Assembly (NCBI GenBank): GCA_034432435.1
Contig: DAOUBS010000004.1
Coordinates: 3,863 to 67,862 of the forward strand
From: Anaerolineae bacterium
GTDB taxonomy: Bacteria > Chloroflexota > Anaerolineae > Aggregatilineales > Phototrophicaceae
Length of the DNA stretch: 64,000 bases
Reading direction: 5' to 3'
Under the pieces are notes generated by a model, which did not search any database, was not told where the DNA came from, and was given only the letters and a program-made list of their open reading frames with translations. Positions within the stretch are counted from its first letter, which is position 1, and the number at the start of each line of letters is the position of its first letter. The translations under genes and the position numbers were made by a program. Below, in pieces: positions 27,981 to 37,751 of this stretch.

Positions 27981-29210
27981 ATGCAGGTTCGGCGCGACTA
28001 CCGTGAGCCGTTCTTCCGCCAGCGGCGGCGCGGGTTGCCGTGGCGAGCGCTGTTGTGGATGGGCGCGCTGCTGGCGGGCATGGCCTTCCTGATCGACACG
28101 CAGCCGCAGATCGTGACCAGCGCGGCTTACGCCCTGCTGGGCAACGCGCCGACGCCGACGCCCCTGCCGCGCGAGTGGATCGAGCGGGCTGTCCTTGCCC
28201 AGCGCAGCGGGGACTATCCGGCGGCGCTGGCCGCCTATGAAGCGGCCATCGCTCAGCGCCCCAACAACGTTGACTTCCTCTACGAGTACGGTCAACTGCT
28301 GATCGACGCTCAACGCCCCGAAGACGCCCTGCGCGTGGCCAACACGATCACCAACACGGACCCAAGTGACGTGCGTGGCTACGCCCTCAAGACGCGGGCG
28401 ATGGCGTGGCTGGGGCAGTCGGCGGCGGCTATCCCGGTGGGGCTGCAAGGGATGAACCTTGACAGCCGCTTTGGGCCGCTGTACGAAGCGCTCTCGCGCG
28501 CCTACGCAGGGGAAGCCCGCTGGCGTGAGGCTATCGACAGCGCGCGCACGGCCACCGAACTTTCGCCGACGGACGCGCGCGCCTACTGGGCGCTGGGCAT
28601 GGTGCTTACTCAGACTGGCAACTATGACTTGGCCATCGACGAGATGCGCACCGCCATTCAACTCAACCCGACGCTGCTGCCACCCTACTTTGAGTTGGCC
28701 TTTTTGCTGCTCTCCCTCGACCGCAACCAAGAGGCCATCGACCTCTACGACCGCATTTTGGGGATGCAGCCGCGCAACGCCCGCGCCTTGCTGCGCCAAT
28801 GCGAGGCGTACCGAAAAGTCGGCGAGTTCAACCGCGCGGTGGGGCTGTGCCAAGACGCTGTCGACGCCGACCCGACCTTCACCCCCGCGCAGTATCGCTT
28901 GGGCATGTTCCGTTACAGCCAGCGTGAGTTTGAGGCCAGCCGCGCCGCTTTTGACGCCTGCCTGACCTACGCGCCGGACAGCTTGCAGTGTCGCTATATG
29001 CTGGGCTTATCCTATTATTACCTGCGCCAGTGCGACCAGGCCCGCCAATTGCTGACTGAGTCGCAGCGCATCGCCAGCGCGCGTACGAACGCCGAGAGCG
29101 ACCTGGCCATTATCAACGAGGGGCTGGCCGCGCTGGCCAACGACCCGCAGTGCCTCGGCGGCGTGCCCCCCGCGCCTACCGCTGCGCCAACAACGGAGGA
29201 CGCCGCGTGA
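27981..29210 (+). CDS. Membrane-anchored TPR protein, paralogue 2
   Basis: Same architecture as paralogue 1 (MQVRRDYREPFFRQRRR, TM, TPRs). Shares NNVDxLYEYG and PPYFELA blocks with paralogue 1. Confidence 0.7.
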   Translation: MQVRRDYREPFFRQRRRGLPWRALLWMGALLAGMAFLIDTQPQIVTSAAYALLGNAPTPTPLPREWIERAVLAQRSGDYPAALAAYEAAIAQRPNNVDFLYEYGQLLIDAQRPEDALRVANTITNTDPSDVRGYALKTRAMAWLGQSAAAIPVGLQGMNLDSRFGPLYEALSRAYAGEARWREAIDSARTATELSPTDARAYWALGMVLTQTGNYDLAIDEMRTAIQLNPTLLPPYFELAFLLLSLDRNQEAIDLYDRILGMQPRNARALLRQCEAYRKVGEFNRAVGLCQDAVDADPTFTPAQYRLGMFRYSQREFEASRAAFDACLTYAPDSLQCRYMLGLSYYYLRQCDQARQLLTESQRIASARTNAESDLAIINEGLAALANDPQCLGGVPPAPTAAPTTEDAA

Positions 29211-30526
29211 ACATCCGCACCCCTAAGCGCTACCGCGGCACCCCCCGCCGCAGCATCTTCCCCACGCGGACGTTCCTGCTGCTGCTGGTCACAGTGGGGG
29301 TGGTGTTCGGCGCGTCGCGCGTGATGGAGCAGCGCGACACGATCCAAGCCCAAGTGGGCGAGGTGGCTCAGTCGCTGGCGGAAAACCTCAACGAGCAGAT
29401 GGCTACGCTGAACGCGCCGCCCCCCACCGCCACCCAAGACCCGCGCCAGAACCTCATCGCGGGCGACAACGCATGGCAGGTGGGCAACACGACCGAGGCT
29501 GTCCGCAGCTATCAGGTGTCGTTGGGGGCGATCCCGAACAACGTCGGGATTCACAACCGCGTGGCGCTGGGGCTGATGCTGGTGGGCAGCACTGAACAGG
29601 CTGTTGAGGCCTCGCAGCGCGCGATCATGGCCGACCCGTTCAGCTCGGATGCGTGGGCCATCCGCGGGTGGGCGCTGGCCAGCAGCGGCGACGTCGCCGG
29701 CGGGCTGAGCGCTGTGATGCACGCCACCACGCTTGACCCGCAGAACGCCCGCGCCCGCGTCTACCTCGCCCGTGTGCTGTACATCGACGAGCAGTACGCC
29801 CGCGCGCGCAGCTTGATCGACGAGGTGCTGAACGACGACCCCGACAACGCAGAAGCGCTGTGGGTGCGCGGGCTGATCCGCGAGACGGGCTTCTTTGAAT
29901 TCGGCGGCGCGCTGGACGACTTTCGCGCGGCCTACGACCTGGCGATGAGCGAATTGCCCGGGCTGGCCGCCACGATCGCGGTGGATCTGGCGCGCATTCA
30001 GCTGCGCCCGCCTGACCCGAACTATCAGGGAGCAATCGACATCTTGCAATCAGCCCGCCAGATGAACGCCGAGAACACGCTGGTGCTGTTCTGGTTGGGG
30101 CGCATCTACTACAGCGACCTCGGTGACCCTACCCAAGCCATCCCCTACTTGCAGCAGTGCGTGGACTACAACCCGTCGAGCTACAACTGTTTTTACTTGT
30201 TGGGGCGGGCGCAGCGCAGCGTCAACCAAAATGCGGCAGCTTTGCAATCGCTCGAGGAAACCACCCGCCTGAACTCACCCAACCCGCGCCATTGGTGGTG
30301 GGCTGCCAACATGTACTACGAACAGGGCAACTGCGCCCGTGCCAGCGAGTTCTTGCGGCGCGGCGCGGAACTCATCACCGAGAACACGCCCGCCGACTTG
30401 ATCGACGCCTACGACTTCCTGCTGAGCACCTGCGGCGTGAGCATCCCGCGCTTGGGCCGTCAGCAGCTCACCCCTGAGCCGACGCCGCCCCTTGATACAG
30501 CCACCCCTGAACCCGACAGAGCCTAG
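29207..30526 (+). CDS. Membrane-anchored TPR protein, paralogue 3
   Basis: GTG start at 29207 (GTGA overlap with paralogue 2) gives VNIRTPKRYRGTPRRS plus a TM, matching the other two. The track start at 29150 is an alternative. Confidence 0.6.
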   Translation: MNIRTPKRYRGTPRRSIFPTRTFLLLLVTVGVVFGASRVMEQRDTIQAQVGEVAQSLAENLNEQMATLNAPPPTATQDPRQNLIAGDNAWQVGNTTEAVRSYQVSLGAIPNNVGIHNRVALGLMLVGSTEQAVEASQRAIMADPFSSDAWAIRGWALASSGDVAGGLSAVMHATTLDPQNARARVYLARVLYIDEQYARARSLIDEVLNDDPDNAEALWVRGLIRETGFFEFGGALDDFRAAYDLAMSELPGLAATIAVDLARIQLRPPDPNYQGAIDILQSARQMNAENTLVLFWLGRIYYSDLGDPTQAIPYLQQCVDYNPSSYNCFYLLGRAQRSVNQNAAALQSLEETTRLNSPNPRHWWWAANMYYEQGNCARASEFLRRGAELITENTPADLIDAYDFLLSTCGVSIPRLGRQQLTPEPTPPLDTATPEPDRA

Positions 30527-30691
30527 CCCATGTCTGATGCCCCCGTGCGCATCATCCGTCAGCACCGCCGCGCGATGATGTGCGTCGTACCACAAAGACC
30601 GAGTTTTTGCGAGAAAGTGATAGAACATTTTTTCTGAAATCGAATATAATGGTCTAGGGTTTGAAAGCTGTAACATAGAGGAGAGCGCCCG

Positions 30692-30925
30692 ATGACCACC
30701 ATCACCAACCCGCAGACCCTGCGCATATATGAGTTTATCCGAGATTTCATCCACGAGACGCGGTTGAACCCCACCATCCGCGAGATTGGGGAGGGCGTCC
30801 ACCTGTCGCACAGCGCGGTGTTGAGCCATTTGGCGCATCTAGAAGCGAAAGGGTGGATCGTGCGTGAGATCGGCGTGGCGCGCAGCATCCGCCTCGGCGA
30901 GTTTGCGCCGGACTATGTGCCGTAA
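30692..30925 (+). CDS. LexA N-terminal DNA-binding-domain-only protein (winged helix, no S24 peptidase domain)
   Basis: 77 aa. LRIYEFIRDFIHETRLNPTIREIGEGVHLSHSAVLSHLAHLEAKGWIVREIGVARSIRL parallels the LexA N-terminus ([30 protein letters not shown]...HLKALARKGVIE...SRGIRL). Confidence 0.65.
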   Translation: MTTITNPQTLRIYEFIRDFIHETRLNPTIREIGEGVHLSHSAVLSHLAHLEAKGWIVREIGVARSIRLGEFAPDYVP

Positions 30926-31632
30926 GGCGGCACGACCTCATGCTTGCGCAGCAGGTTGATCAAGATCGACAGCACAACTTTAATCATGTAGTAGACGCTG
31001 CGCAGCGGGGTGATCGACGATTGGCCGCCTGTTCGGGGCAGCATCTGCGCGGGGACTTCGCACAGGCGCAGGCCAGCACGGTGCGCTAGGACAATCGCCT
31101 CGGGCTCTGGGTAGTCATAGGGGTAGACCTGCGCAAACAAGGCAATGGCGCGCGCGTTGAAGGCGGCAAAACCGCTGGTGGGGTCGGTGATGGGCTGCTG
31201 CGCGATGCGGCTGAGCAGCCAGCGCAGCACGCCGATGCCCGCCAGCCGCGCCGTCGATGTGCCGTAGTCGCCGCCGTTGAGGAAGCGCGAGCCGATCACG
31301 ATGTCCACGTCCCCACGTTGGAGCCGCTCGATGATGCGCGCAATGTCGAGTGGGTCGTGCTGGCCGTCGCCGTCGTTGCGCACGACCACCTCAAACCCGT
31401 GCGCCCGCGCAAAGCGGAACGCGGTCTGCACGGCTGCGCCAATGCCGACGTTGTAGGGCATGTGCAGCACCATCGCGCCTGCTTGCTGGGCGATGGGTCC
31501 TGTCGCGTCTGCTGAGCCATCGTTGACGACAAGCACCGCCGCCGAAGGGCAAGCCGCCCGAATGCAGCGGATAGTGCGCTCGATGTTAGTCGCTTCGTTG
31601 TAGGCCGGAAGGATGATGAGGACACGCGACAT
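30913..31632 (-). CDS. Glycosyltransferase family 2 (dolichyl/polyprenyl-phosphate sugar transferase-like)
   Basis: Start at MSRVLIILPAYNE. Has VVNDGSAD and DGD motifs. Confidence 0.8.
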   Translation of the reverse strand: MSRVLIILPAYNEATNIERTIRCIRAACPSAAVLVVNDGSADATGPIAQQAGAMVLHMPYNVGIGAAVQTAFRFARAHGFEVVVRNDGDGQHDPLDIARIIERLQRGDVDIVIGSRFLNGGDYGTSTARLAGIGVLRWLLSRIAQQPITDPTSGFAAFNARAIALFAQVYPYDYPEPEAIVLAHRAGLRLCEVPAQMLPRTGGQSSITPLRSVYYMIKVVLSILINLLRKHEVVPPYGT

Positions 31633-31745
31633 GCAGCTTGCTTTAGGTTCGTCTGACGATGCTACTGCATGGTAACTGAAAAAAAAGGTAGGCACAACCT
31701 AAAAACGAGCTGCTTACACTCAGGCCGATCTGTAACAGTTCGTCA

Positions 31746-31982
31746 TTAATCGTCTTGCTTGCGCCATCCCCCTTCAGAGGGGGTTTTCAACGTGGCCTGC
31801 ACGTACTCGGTCAGCTCGGCTTCGTAGGCAACAAGTTCATCTTCGTCCATCTCGCGCAGGTTTTGCATCTCGATGATGACTTCAGCCACGGCCTGTTGAA
31901 CAGTCGTGCGGATGAGATGCTGCAACTGCCCAACAGTGAGATCTGCAATCCGCGTTTGTTTGGTTGCCCGATGGTGTGACAT
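31746..31982 (-). CDS. Small hypothetical protein
   Basis: 78-aa ORF, predicted helical and acidic in its C-terminal half. Flanked by AT-rich non-coding DNA. No recognised domain. Confidence 0.4.
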   Translation of the reverse strand: MSHHRATKQTRIADLTVGQLQHLIRTTVQQAVAEVIIEMQNLREMDEDELVAYEAELTEYVQATLKTPSEGGWRKQDD

Positions 31983-32220
31983 AGTCGTATGCCTACCTTT
32001 TCACCACTCGCTTGCTCGATAGGACTATTGTACTACCAAGTCAAATTTTTGCAGGTGAAAAGAGCGTAAGAGCAGCCCTCTGTAGGCAATTATTTACAAT
32101 TTTGAGCAGCAAAAAGGCGATAAGTTAATAGATTGTAATGTTTAACTTCTCTCAAAAGCTGTGGGAATTCCCCACACTCTCGTTATTTTTTCCATCTGAG
32201 CGTGTGGGGGCATGACTGGT

Positions 32221-32601
32221 TTAGTATTGGTTTTGGAAGATCAGTTCCTCAATCGCGCCGAGGAAGAGCGTGCGGTTGATGGGCTTGGCAAAGTAGGCAT
32301 CAAAGCCTACCTCCAGCGCGTTGTGCTTGAGCATCGGCGTGTGATAGGCCGTCACCGCGACGCACTTGAGGCGGCGCAGCGTGGGGTGGTTGCGAATTTG
32401 CGCCAGCAGTTGGAAGCCATCTTTGCCCGGCAGCGCAAGGTCGATAATGACGCCAGCGTAACTGGACTCCAGCAGGCGCTCCCAGCCTTCTTCCGCGCTG
32501 GCGGCCAACACGACCTCTAGCTGCACCTGTTTGAGCATGCGCGCGATGACGAACTGTCCGTCAGGATCATCTTCGATGACAAGGATCGGTAACTGAGACA
32601 T
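32221..32601 (-). CDS. Stand-alone response regulator receiver protein
   Basis: CheY-like: PILVIEDDPD, a phospho-acceptor Asp in the IIDLALPG context, and a conserved Lys (AKP). Confidence 0.8.
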   Translation of the reverse strand: MSQLPILVIEDDPDGQFVIARMLKQVQLEVVLAASAEEGWERLLESSYAGVIIDLALPGKDGFQLLAQIRNHPTLRRLKCVAVTAYHTPMLKHNALEVGFDAYFAKPINRTLFLGAIEELIFQNQY

Positions 32602-32623
32602 GGTAAGTTTTTCTCCTCAGGCT

Positions 32624-33055
32624 CTAAAATGACACTAACAGGCGGGTCAGATGCGGCACATCGGACAGCATCGTTGTCAACTGTTGGATGAACTTGCTCG
32701 GGTCGAGCGGCTTGGTGATGTAATTGTGGAAACCAGCCGCCATCCCGCGCTCACGATCGCCGGCCATGGCGTGGGCAGTGAGCGCGATCACCGGGATGTG
32801 AGCCGTGTGCGGGTTGTTCTTGATCTCGTAGAGCAGCTCCCAGCCGTCGAGGCCGGGCATGGAGAGATCGGTCAAGATGAAGCGGAATTCTTGGGTATTG
32901 TCACGCAGGACGTCCAGCGCTTCTTGGCCGTTGTTGGCAGTCGTCACCTGCGCCCCCGCCATCTTGAGCAGGCGGCGCGCTACCTCAAGGCTGTCGCGCT
33001 CATCGTCGGCCACCAGCACTGGCCAACCATCGAACACTTTAGGGATCTTGTTCAC
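32624..33055 (-). CDS. Stand-alone response regulator receiver protein
   Basis: CheY-like: VLVADDE, ILTDLSMPGLDG, TAHA, KP. Confidence 0.85.
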   Translation of the reverse strand: MNKIPKVFDGWPVLVADDERDSLEVARRLLKMAGAQVTTANNGQEALDVLRDNTQEFRFILTDLSMPGLDGWELLYEIKNNPHTAHIPVIALTAHAMAGDRERGMAAGFHNYITKPLDPSKFIQQLTTMLSDVPHLTRLLVSF

Positions 33056-33073
33056 CGTGCGACTCCTTTATTG

Positions 33074-34693
33074 TTAGTTCAACGAAGGCATGAGGCGCGC
33101 TTGGTCGATGCTGCTGGCGAACACCGCGTGCTCTTGATCGGGCTTGGTCTGCCCGCTGAAGGCTGGCAGCTCTAGCGGCAGCTCGACGGTGAAAGTGCTG
33201 CCCACGCCTACCTTGCTTTCGACATTGATCTTGCCGCCCATCAGGATCACAAGGCGCTTGACAATGGCCAACCCCAGCCCAGCCCCTTGCTGCTGACGGG
33301 TCGAAGAGGCGTCCACTTGAAAGAAATCGTCGAAGATAAGGCCTAGTTTGGCTTTGGGGATGCCGATGCCTGTATCCGAGACACGAATTATGAGCTCATC
33401 GGCTTGGCGCTGAATTTGCAACGTGACTTCACCACGTTCGGTGAACTTGATAGCGTTGCCGACCAAGTTGGTGATGATCTGCGAGAGGCGTGTCTCGTCG
33501 TGGTTGATCGTCTCTGGCAGCGTGGGGTCAACGTCTAGCGCCAGCCGCAGGCCTTTGTCGTGCGCCAGCATCTTGAGGTCGTTGTACAAGCCAGCGATCA
33601 TGTAGCGGATCTGAAGCGGGGAGGGCACGATCTGAAGGCCGCCCGTGGCGATGCGTGACAAGTCCAGAATGTTGTTGATGAGCGTCAGCAGGCGCTGCGT
33701 GTTGGCCAACGAGCGCTCGGCCATGTAGGTGTTGTCCTCATCGAGTTGATCGCTGTAGATCATCAAGTGCAGGAAGCCGATCATGGCGTTGAGCGGTGTG
33801 CGCAGCTCGTGGCTCATCGTGGCGAGGAACAGGTCCTTCATGCGGGTGGCGTCTTCTGCTTGGCGGCGAGCAGCTTCCAGATCTTTGATATAACGCTGCT
33901 CATTCTCAGCAGCATGGTTGAGCGCATCAGCCAGCATCCCTAGCTCATCCTTTGCAGTGAGGTGGATGCGAGCGCCGAGGTTGCCTTTGGCAAATTCGTG
34001 GCTGACTTCAATCATCGCGTGCAGGCTGCTGACGATGTAACGGATGACCAATTGAGCCACCAACGTAGACACTACGAACAACAGCGTCACCGCGACGACG
34101 ATGATGATCAGCGACTGGGTGAAATGTGCCACAATATCTTCGCGTTCTTCTATCACATGGAGTTGATAGTCTGCAAAGAAGCGATCAAACTGGGACGACA
34201 GCGCCAACCGCAGTTCACGGTAGCGATCATCGTACTGCTGGAACAACTCAAGGCTAGGGTTCGCCAGCAGCTCGCGCTCGATCATGCTCAGCTCAGCGTT
34301 TAAGTCGTCAATTACGGCGAAGATCTCGGCGTCTTCAGGCTGGTTGTCATACACTTGAGCTTGAACAAAGGCCTCGTTGAAGCGGTCTAAATAGCGGAAG
34401 TAGCGTTCATAAGCCTCAGAATCTTGCGGGTCAAGGATGTAAGCGCGCAGGTTGTCGGAAAGGGCCACGCTGTAGTAGCGCAGGTCGTTCACCAGTTGCA
34501 GCAGCGGTTCGTCGACCTCTTGATTTTCCTTGATGTGGTCCAATCCTTCATAGATGTTCCAGAACACGCTGCCAGCAGAGACGAAGATCATGATAATGAC
34601 GATCGCAAACGCGCCGGTCATTTTAGACCAAATTGGCAGGTTGAGCAGCGCATCACGCCAATTAGCCGCGTGTTTTGAGAGATAGGTGCTCAT
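33074..34693 (-). CDS. Sensor histidine kinase (TM - sensor - HAMP - HisKA - HATPase_c)
   Basis: H-box FLATMSHELRTPLNAM, N-box NLVGNAIKFT, and G-boxes DTGIGI / GAGLGLAIV. Start chosen at ATG 34693 because the sequence upstream is AT-rich and looks non-coding. Confidence 0.85.
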   Translation of the reverse strand: MSTYLSKHAANWRDALLNLPIWSKMTGAFAIVIIMIFVSAGSVFWNIYEGLDHIKENQEVDEPLLQLVNDLRYYSVALSDNLRAYILDPQDSEAYERYFRYLDRFNEAFVQAQVYDNQPEDAEIFAVIDDLNAELSMIERELLANPSLELFQQYDDRYRELRLALSSQFDRFFADYQLHVIEEREDIVAHFTQSLIIIVVAVTLLFVVSTLVAQLVIRYIVSSLHAMIEVSHEFAKGNLGARIHLTAKDELGMLADALNHAAENEQRYIKDLEAARRQAEDATRMKDLFLATMSHELRTPLNAMIGFLHLMIYSDQLDEDNTYMAERSLANTQRLLTLINNILDLSRIATGGLQIVPSPLQIRYMIAGLYNDLKMLAHDKGLRLALDVDPTLPETINHDETRLSQIITNLVGNAIKFTERGEVTLQIQRQADELIIRVSDTGIGIPKAKLGLIFDDFFQVDASSTRQQQGAGLGLAIVKRLVILMGGKINVESKVGVGSTFTVELPLELPAFSGQTKPDQEHAVFASSIDQARLMPSLN

Positions 34694-34823
34694 GTCGCTT
34701 AGTACCACTTTCGTTAATACAAAAATAAACGTCATTCAACTGTTATTTAAACGTTTTTAGAAGCAGAATGCAACACGCTTCAAGGCCAGTTTTCATACTG
34801 GCCACGTGGCTAGGCCGCTGGCA

Positions 34824-34847
34824 CAGAAAAGCCCCCGAGACGGGGGC
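34824..34847 (-). terminator. Rho-independent terminator after clpC
   Basis: Minus-strand hairpin GCCCCCG-TCT-CGGGGGC followed by TTTTCTGT, 46 nt after the clpC stop. Confidence 0.75.
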
Positions 34848-34892
34848 TTCATGACACATGTGCTGTGCGAGACTCATGACCTGTGTCAGACT

Positions 34893-37379
34893 TTACATCT
34901 CGGTGGCGGTTTCTTCGACCGTTTCGAGCTTCAGCGCGTTGTTCTCCACTGTCGCGCGGATTTCGCTGGCGAGTTGGAATTTGCCAGAGAGGATGCCATC
35001 CGAGAGGGCGTCCTCGACTTCGTTCTGGATCAAGCGGCGCAGCGGGCGGGCGCCGTATTCGGCATCGTAGCCTTTGTCGGCCAGCCAGTCCATCGCTTCG
35101 GGGGTGACTTCGAGCGTGATGGCGTGTTCGATCAAGCGCTCGCGCACCTTGTCAAGTTCGAGGTTGACGATCTGCTTGATTTCGTCTTTCGTCAGGCTGC
35201 GGAAGATGATGGTTGCGTCCACGCGGTTGAGGAACTCTGGACGGAACATCTTGCGCACCTGATCCATCACGTTCTTGGTCATCTCCTCATAGCTGGACTG
35301 CGCCTCGCGCTGTTCGTCGATGGGCAGCCCACGGAAGCCCAACGAGGCCTGCCGCTTGATCTGATCTGCGCCGACGTTGCTCGTCATGACGATGATCGTG
35401 TTGCGGAAGTCGACACGGCGGCCACGCGCGTCGGTCAGCGTGCCCTCTTCCATGATTTGCAGCAGCATGTTGAACGTTTCGGGGTGGGCTTTCTCGATCT
35501 CGTCAAAGACGACGATGCTGTAGGGGCGGCGGCGGACGGCTTCCGTCAGCTGGCCGGCGTCTTCATAGCCCACGTAGCCGGGCGGCGCGCCCACCAAACG
35601 CGCGACGCTGTGGCGCTCCATGAACTCGCTCATGTCGAGGCGCACCAGCGCGTCCTCACTGCCGAACATGAACTGCGCCAGTGCCTTTGTGAGTTCTGTC
35701 TTGCCGACGCCCGTCGGCCCCAAGAACATGAACGACCCAATCGGGCGGCGCGGGTCTTTCAGGCCAGCGCGCGCGCGGCGGACGGCCTTGCTGATCTGCA
35801 CGATGGCCTCATGCTGGCCGACGATGCGCTTGTGGAGGTTGTCCTCCATCTCCATCAGGCGCTGCGTCTCGTCCCCACCCAAGCGAGTGACGGGGATGCC
35901 CGTCCACATCGTGACCACTTCCGCGATGTCGTCGGCGGTCAGGCGCGGTTGGCCGGTCTCTTCGTTCCAGTTCGCGCGGAAGTCGGCCAGCGAGGCGTTC
36001 AGGCTGTCGATGCGGCGGCGCAGCTCTTCAATCTCGTCGGCGGGCAAGCCGTCGTCCTCGGCGCGCTCCAGCTCCCCGCTTAGGTGCTCCAGCTCTTCGT
36101 TGATGCGGCGCACTTGGGCGGCCTCGGGCGATTTGTACATGCGCAGGCGCGCGGACGCCTCGTCGATCAGGTCGATGGCCTTGTCTGGCAGGAAGCGATC
36201 TGGGATGTAGCGCGCGGACAAGTTGGCGGCGGCTTCGATCGCTTCATCCGTGATTTCAACGTTGTGATGCTCTTGATAGGGGACTTTGATCCCCTGCAGG
36301 ATTTCGATGGTCTCTTCGATGGTCGGCTCATCGACGAGGATCTGTTGGAAGCGACGGGCCAGCGCAGCGTCGCTCTCGATGTGCTTGCGGTATTCGTCGA
36401 GGGTGGTCGCGCCGATGCATTGCAGTTCGCCGCGGCTGAGGGCCGGCTTGAGGATGTTGGCGGCGTCGACGCTGCTGCCTGCGCTGCCTGCGCCGATCAG
36501 CATATGCACCTCGTCGATAAACAGGATTGTGTCGCTAGCTTTCAGCTCTTCGATCACGCGCTTGAGGCGCTCCTCAAACTGCCCACGATACATCGTCCCT
36601 GCGACGAGCGAGCCAACGTCTAGCTGGAGCACGCGCTTGTTCAGCAGCGGCTTAGGCGTGTTGCCGTCGATGATGCGCTGCGCGAGGCCTTCAACGATGG
36701 CCGTCTTGCCCACGCCCGGTTCGCCGATCAGCGCCGGGTTGTTCTTGCGGCGGCGGCTGAGCACTTGGATCACGCGCTCGATCTCCGTCTCGCGCCCCAC
36801 GACGGGGTCTAGCTTGCCTTCGCTGGCCAGCGCGGTGAGGTCGGTCGCTAGTTGGTCGACGAGGGGGGTTTTGTTCTCTTTGGCGCTGCGGCGCTGTTCG
36901 CGCTCAGCGGTTGGGGCAGGCGACTGCTGGACGGGGCTTTCGTTCAAAACGCGGCGCGTCTGGCGGCGCACTTCCTCAGGGCTGATGCCGAGGCGGCGCA
37001 GCACGTCGATCGCCACGCCATCCTGCTGGCGCACCAAGCCCAGCAGCAGGTGCTCCGTGCCGATGTAGTGATGCCCCATGCGACGGGCTTCGTCTACAGC
37101 CAGTTCTAGCACTTTCTTCGTTCCAGCCGAGAGGTCAAGCGTGTCCCCCGGGGCGCGGCTGCCGCTGTCTGTCAAGCGGATGACCAATTCTTCCACGCGG
37201 CGTTGATCCAGACCCAGTTCACGCAGAACGCGCCCAGCCACGCCGCCCTCTTCGCGCATCAAGCCCAAGAGCAAATGCTCAGTGCTGATTTGCCCGTGCT
37301 GCAAGCGCTCGGCTTCTTCTTGCGCGAGGCTTAACACACGGCGCGCCCGCTGTGTAAAGCGTTCCATCTTGTTCGGCAC
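34893..37379 (-). CDS. clpC: ATP-dependent Clp protease ATP-binding subunit ClpC
   Basis: 828 aa with duplicated Clp_N repeats, two AAA+ modules (GEPGVGKT and GPTGVGKT), and a short middle/UVR-like coiled coil. Confidence 0.9.
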   Translation of the reverse strand: MPNKMERFTQRARRVLSLAQEEAERLQHGQISTEHLLLGLMREEGGVAGRVLRELGLDQRRVEELVIRLTDSGSRAPGDTLDLSAGTKKVLELAVDEARRMGHHYIGTEHLLLGLVRQQDGVAIDVLRRLGISPEEVRRQTRRVLNESPVQQSPAPTAEREQRRSAKENKTPLVDQLATDLTALASEGKLDPVVGRETEIERVIQVLSRRRKNNPALIGEPGVGKTAIVEGLAQRIIDGNTPKPLLNKRVLQLDVGSLVAGTMYRGQFEERLKRVIEELKASDTILFIDEVHMLIGAGSAGSSVDAANILKPALSRGELQCIGATTLDEYRKHIESDAALARRFQQILVDEPTIEETIEILQGIKVPYQEHHNVEITDEAIEAAANLSARYIPDRFLPDKAIDLIDEASARLRMYKSPEAAQVRRINEELEHLSGELERAEDDGLPADEIEELRRRIDSLNASLADFRANWNEETGQPRLTADDIAEVVTMWTGIPVTRLGGDETQRLMEMEDNLHKRIVGQHEAIVQISKAVRRARAGLKDPRRPIGSFMFLGPTGVGKTELTKALAQFMFGSEDALVRLDMSEFMERHSVARLVGAPPGYVGYEDAGQLTEAVRRRPYSIVVFDEIEKAHPETFNMLLQIMEEGTLTDARGRRVDFRNTIIVMTSNVGADQIKRQASLGFRGLPIDEQREAQSSYEEMTKNVMDQVRKMFRPEFLNRVDATIIFRSLTKDEIKQIVNLELDKVRERLIEHAITLEVTPEAMDWLADKGYDAEYGARPLRRLIQNEVEDALSDGILSGKFQLASEIRATVENNALKLETVEETATEM

Positions 37380-37680
37380 GGTAAAAGACCTCCAGATCAG
37401 CAGTAAGCTGATCGTTACAATGGACTATTGCACACTTTAAAGTATACCAGCATTTATACGAAAGGCGGTAGACAACAGCATCGGAGAGACGTTAGAAATT
37501 CATCAAGAGCTGAGGAAGATCGTCAGAGGCCGAGGTGACGGCAAGTTGCCCCTCTCCACGGGTGACCGCGGGGCAGGTCACTTCAAGAGGGGCGACCGAG
37601 CGAAGCGACGCCAGGGTGAGGCCCTTTTGAGACCCGCAACAGGCCTCATCCCACATCCCCCTTTAGCGGACGCATCTTAG

Positions 37681-37700
37681 CCGAGCGCTTCAGCGCTCGG
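37681..37700. repeat. Copy of the CCGAG(T/C)GCTTCAGCGCTCGG palindromic unit
   Basis: Exact CCGAGCGCTTCAGCGCTCGG (perfect 8-bp stem, TTCA loop) in the clpC upstream region. Confidence 0.7.
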
Positions 37701-37751
37701 CAGAGAAAACGCCGGAGTTCAGAGGTGAAAGGCGGCAGGGGAGATGAGTCC

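Noticed and set aside
31746-31982. The small 78-aa acidic protein as an antitoxin of a type II TA pair.
   Set aside because: No adjacent small toxin-like ORF (PIN, RelE, HicA, MazF, HEPN) lies on either side. The neighbouring gene is a GT2 glycosyltransferase separated by 113 nt.
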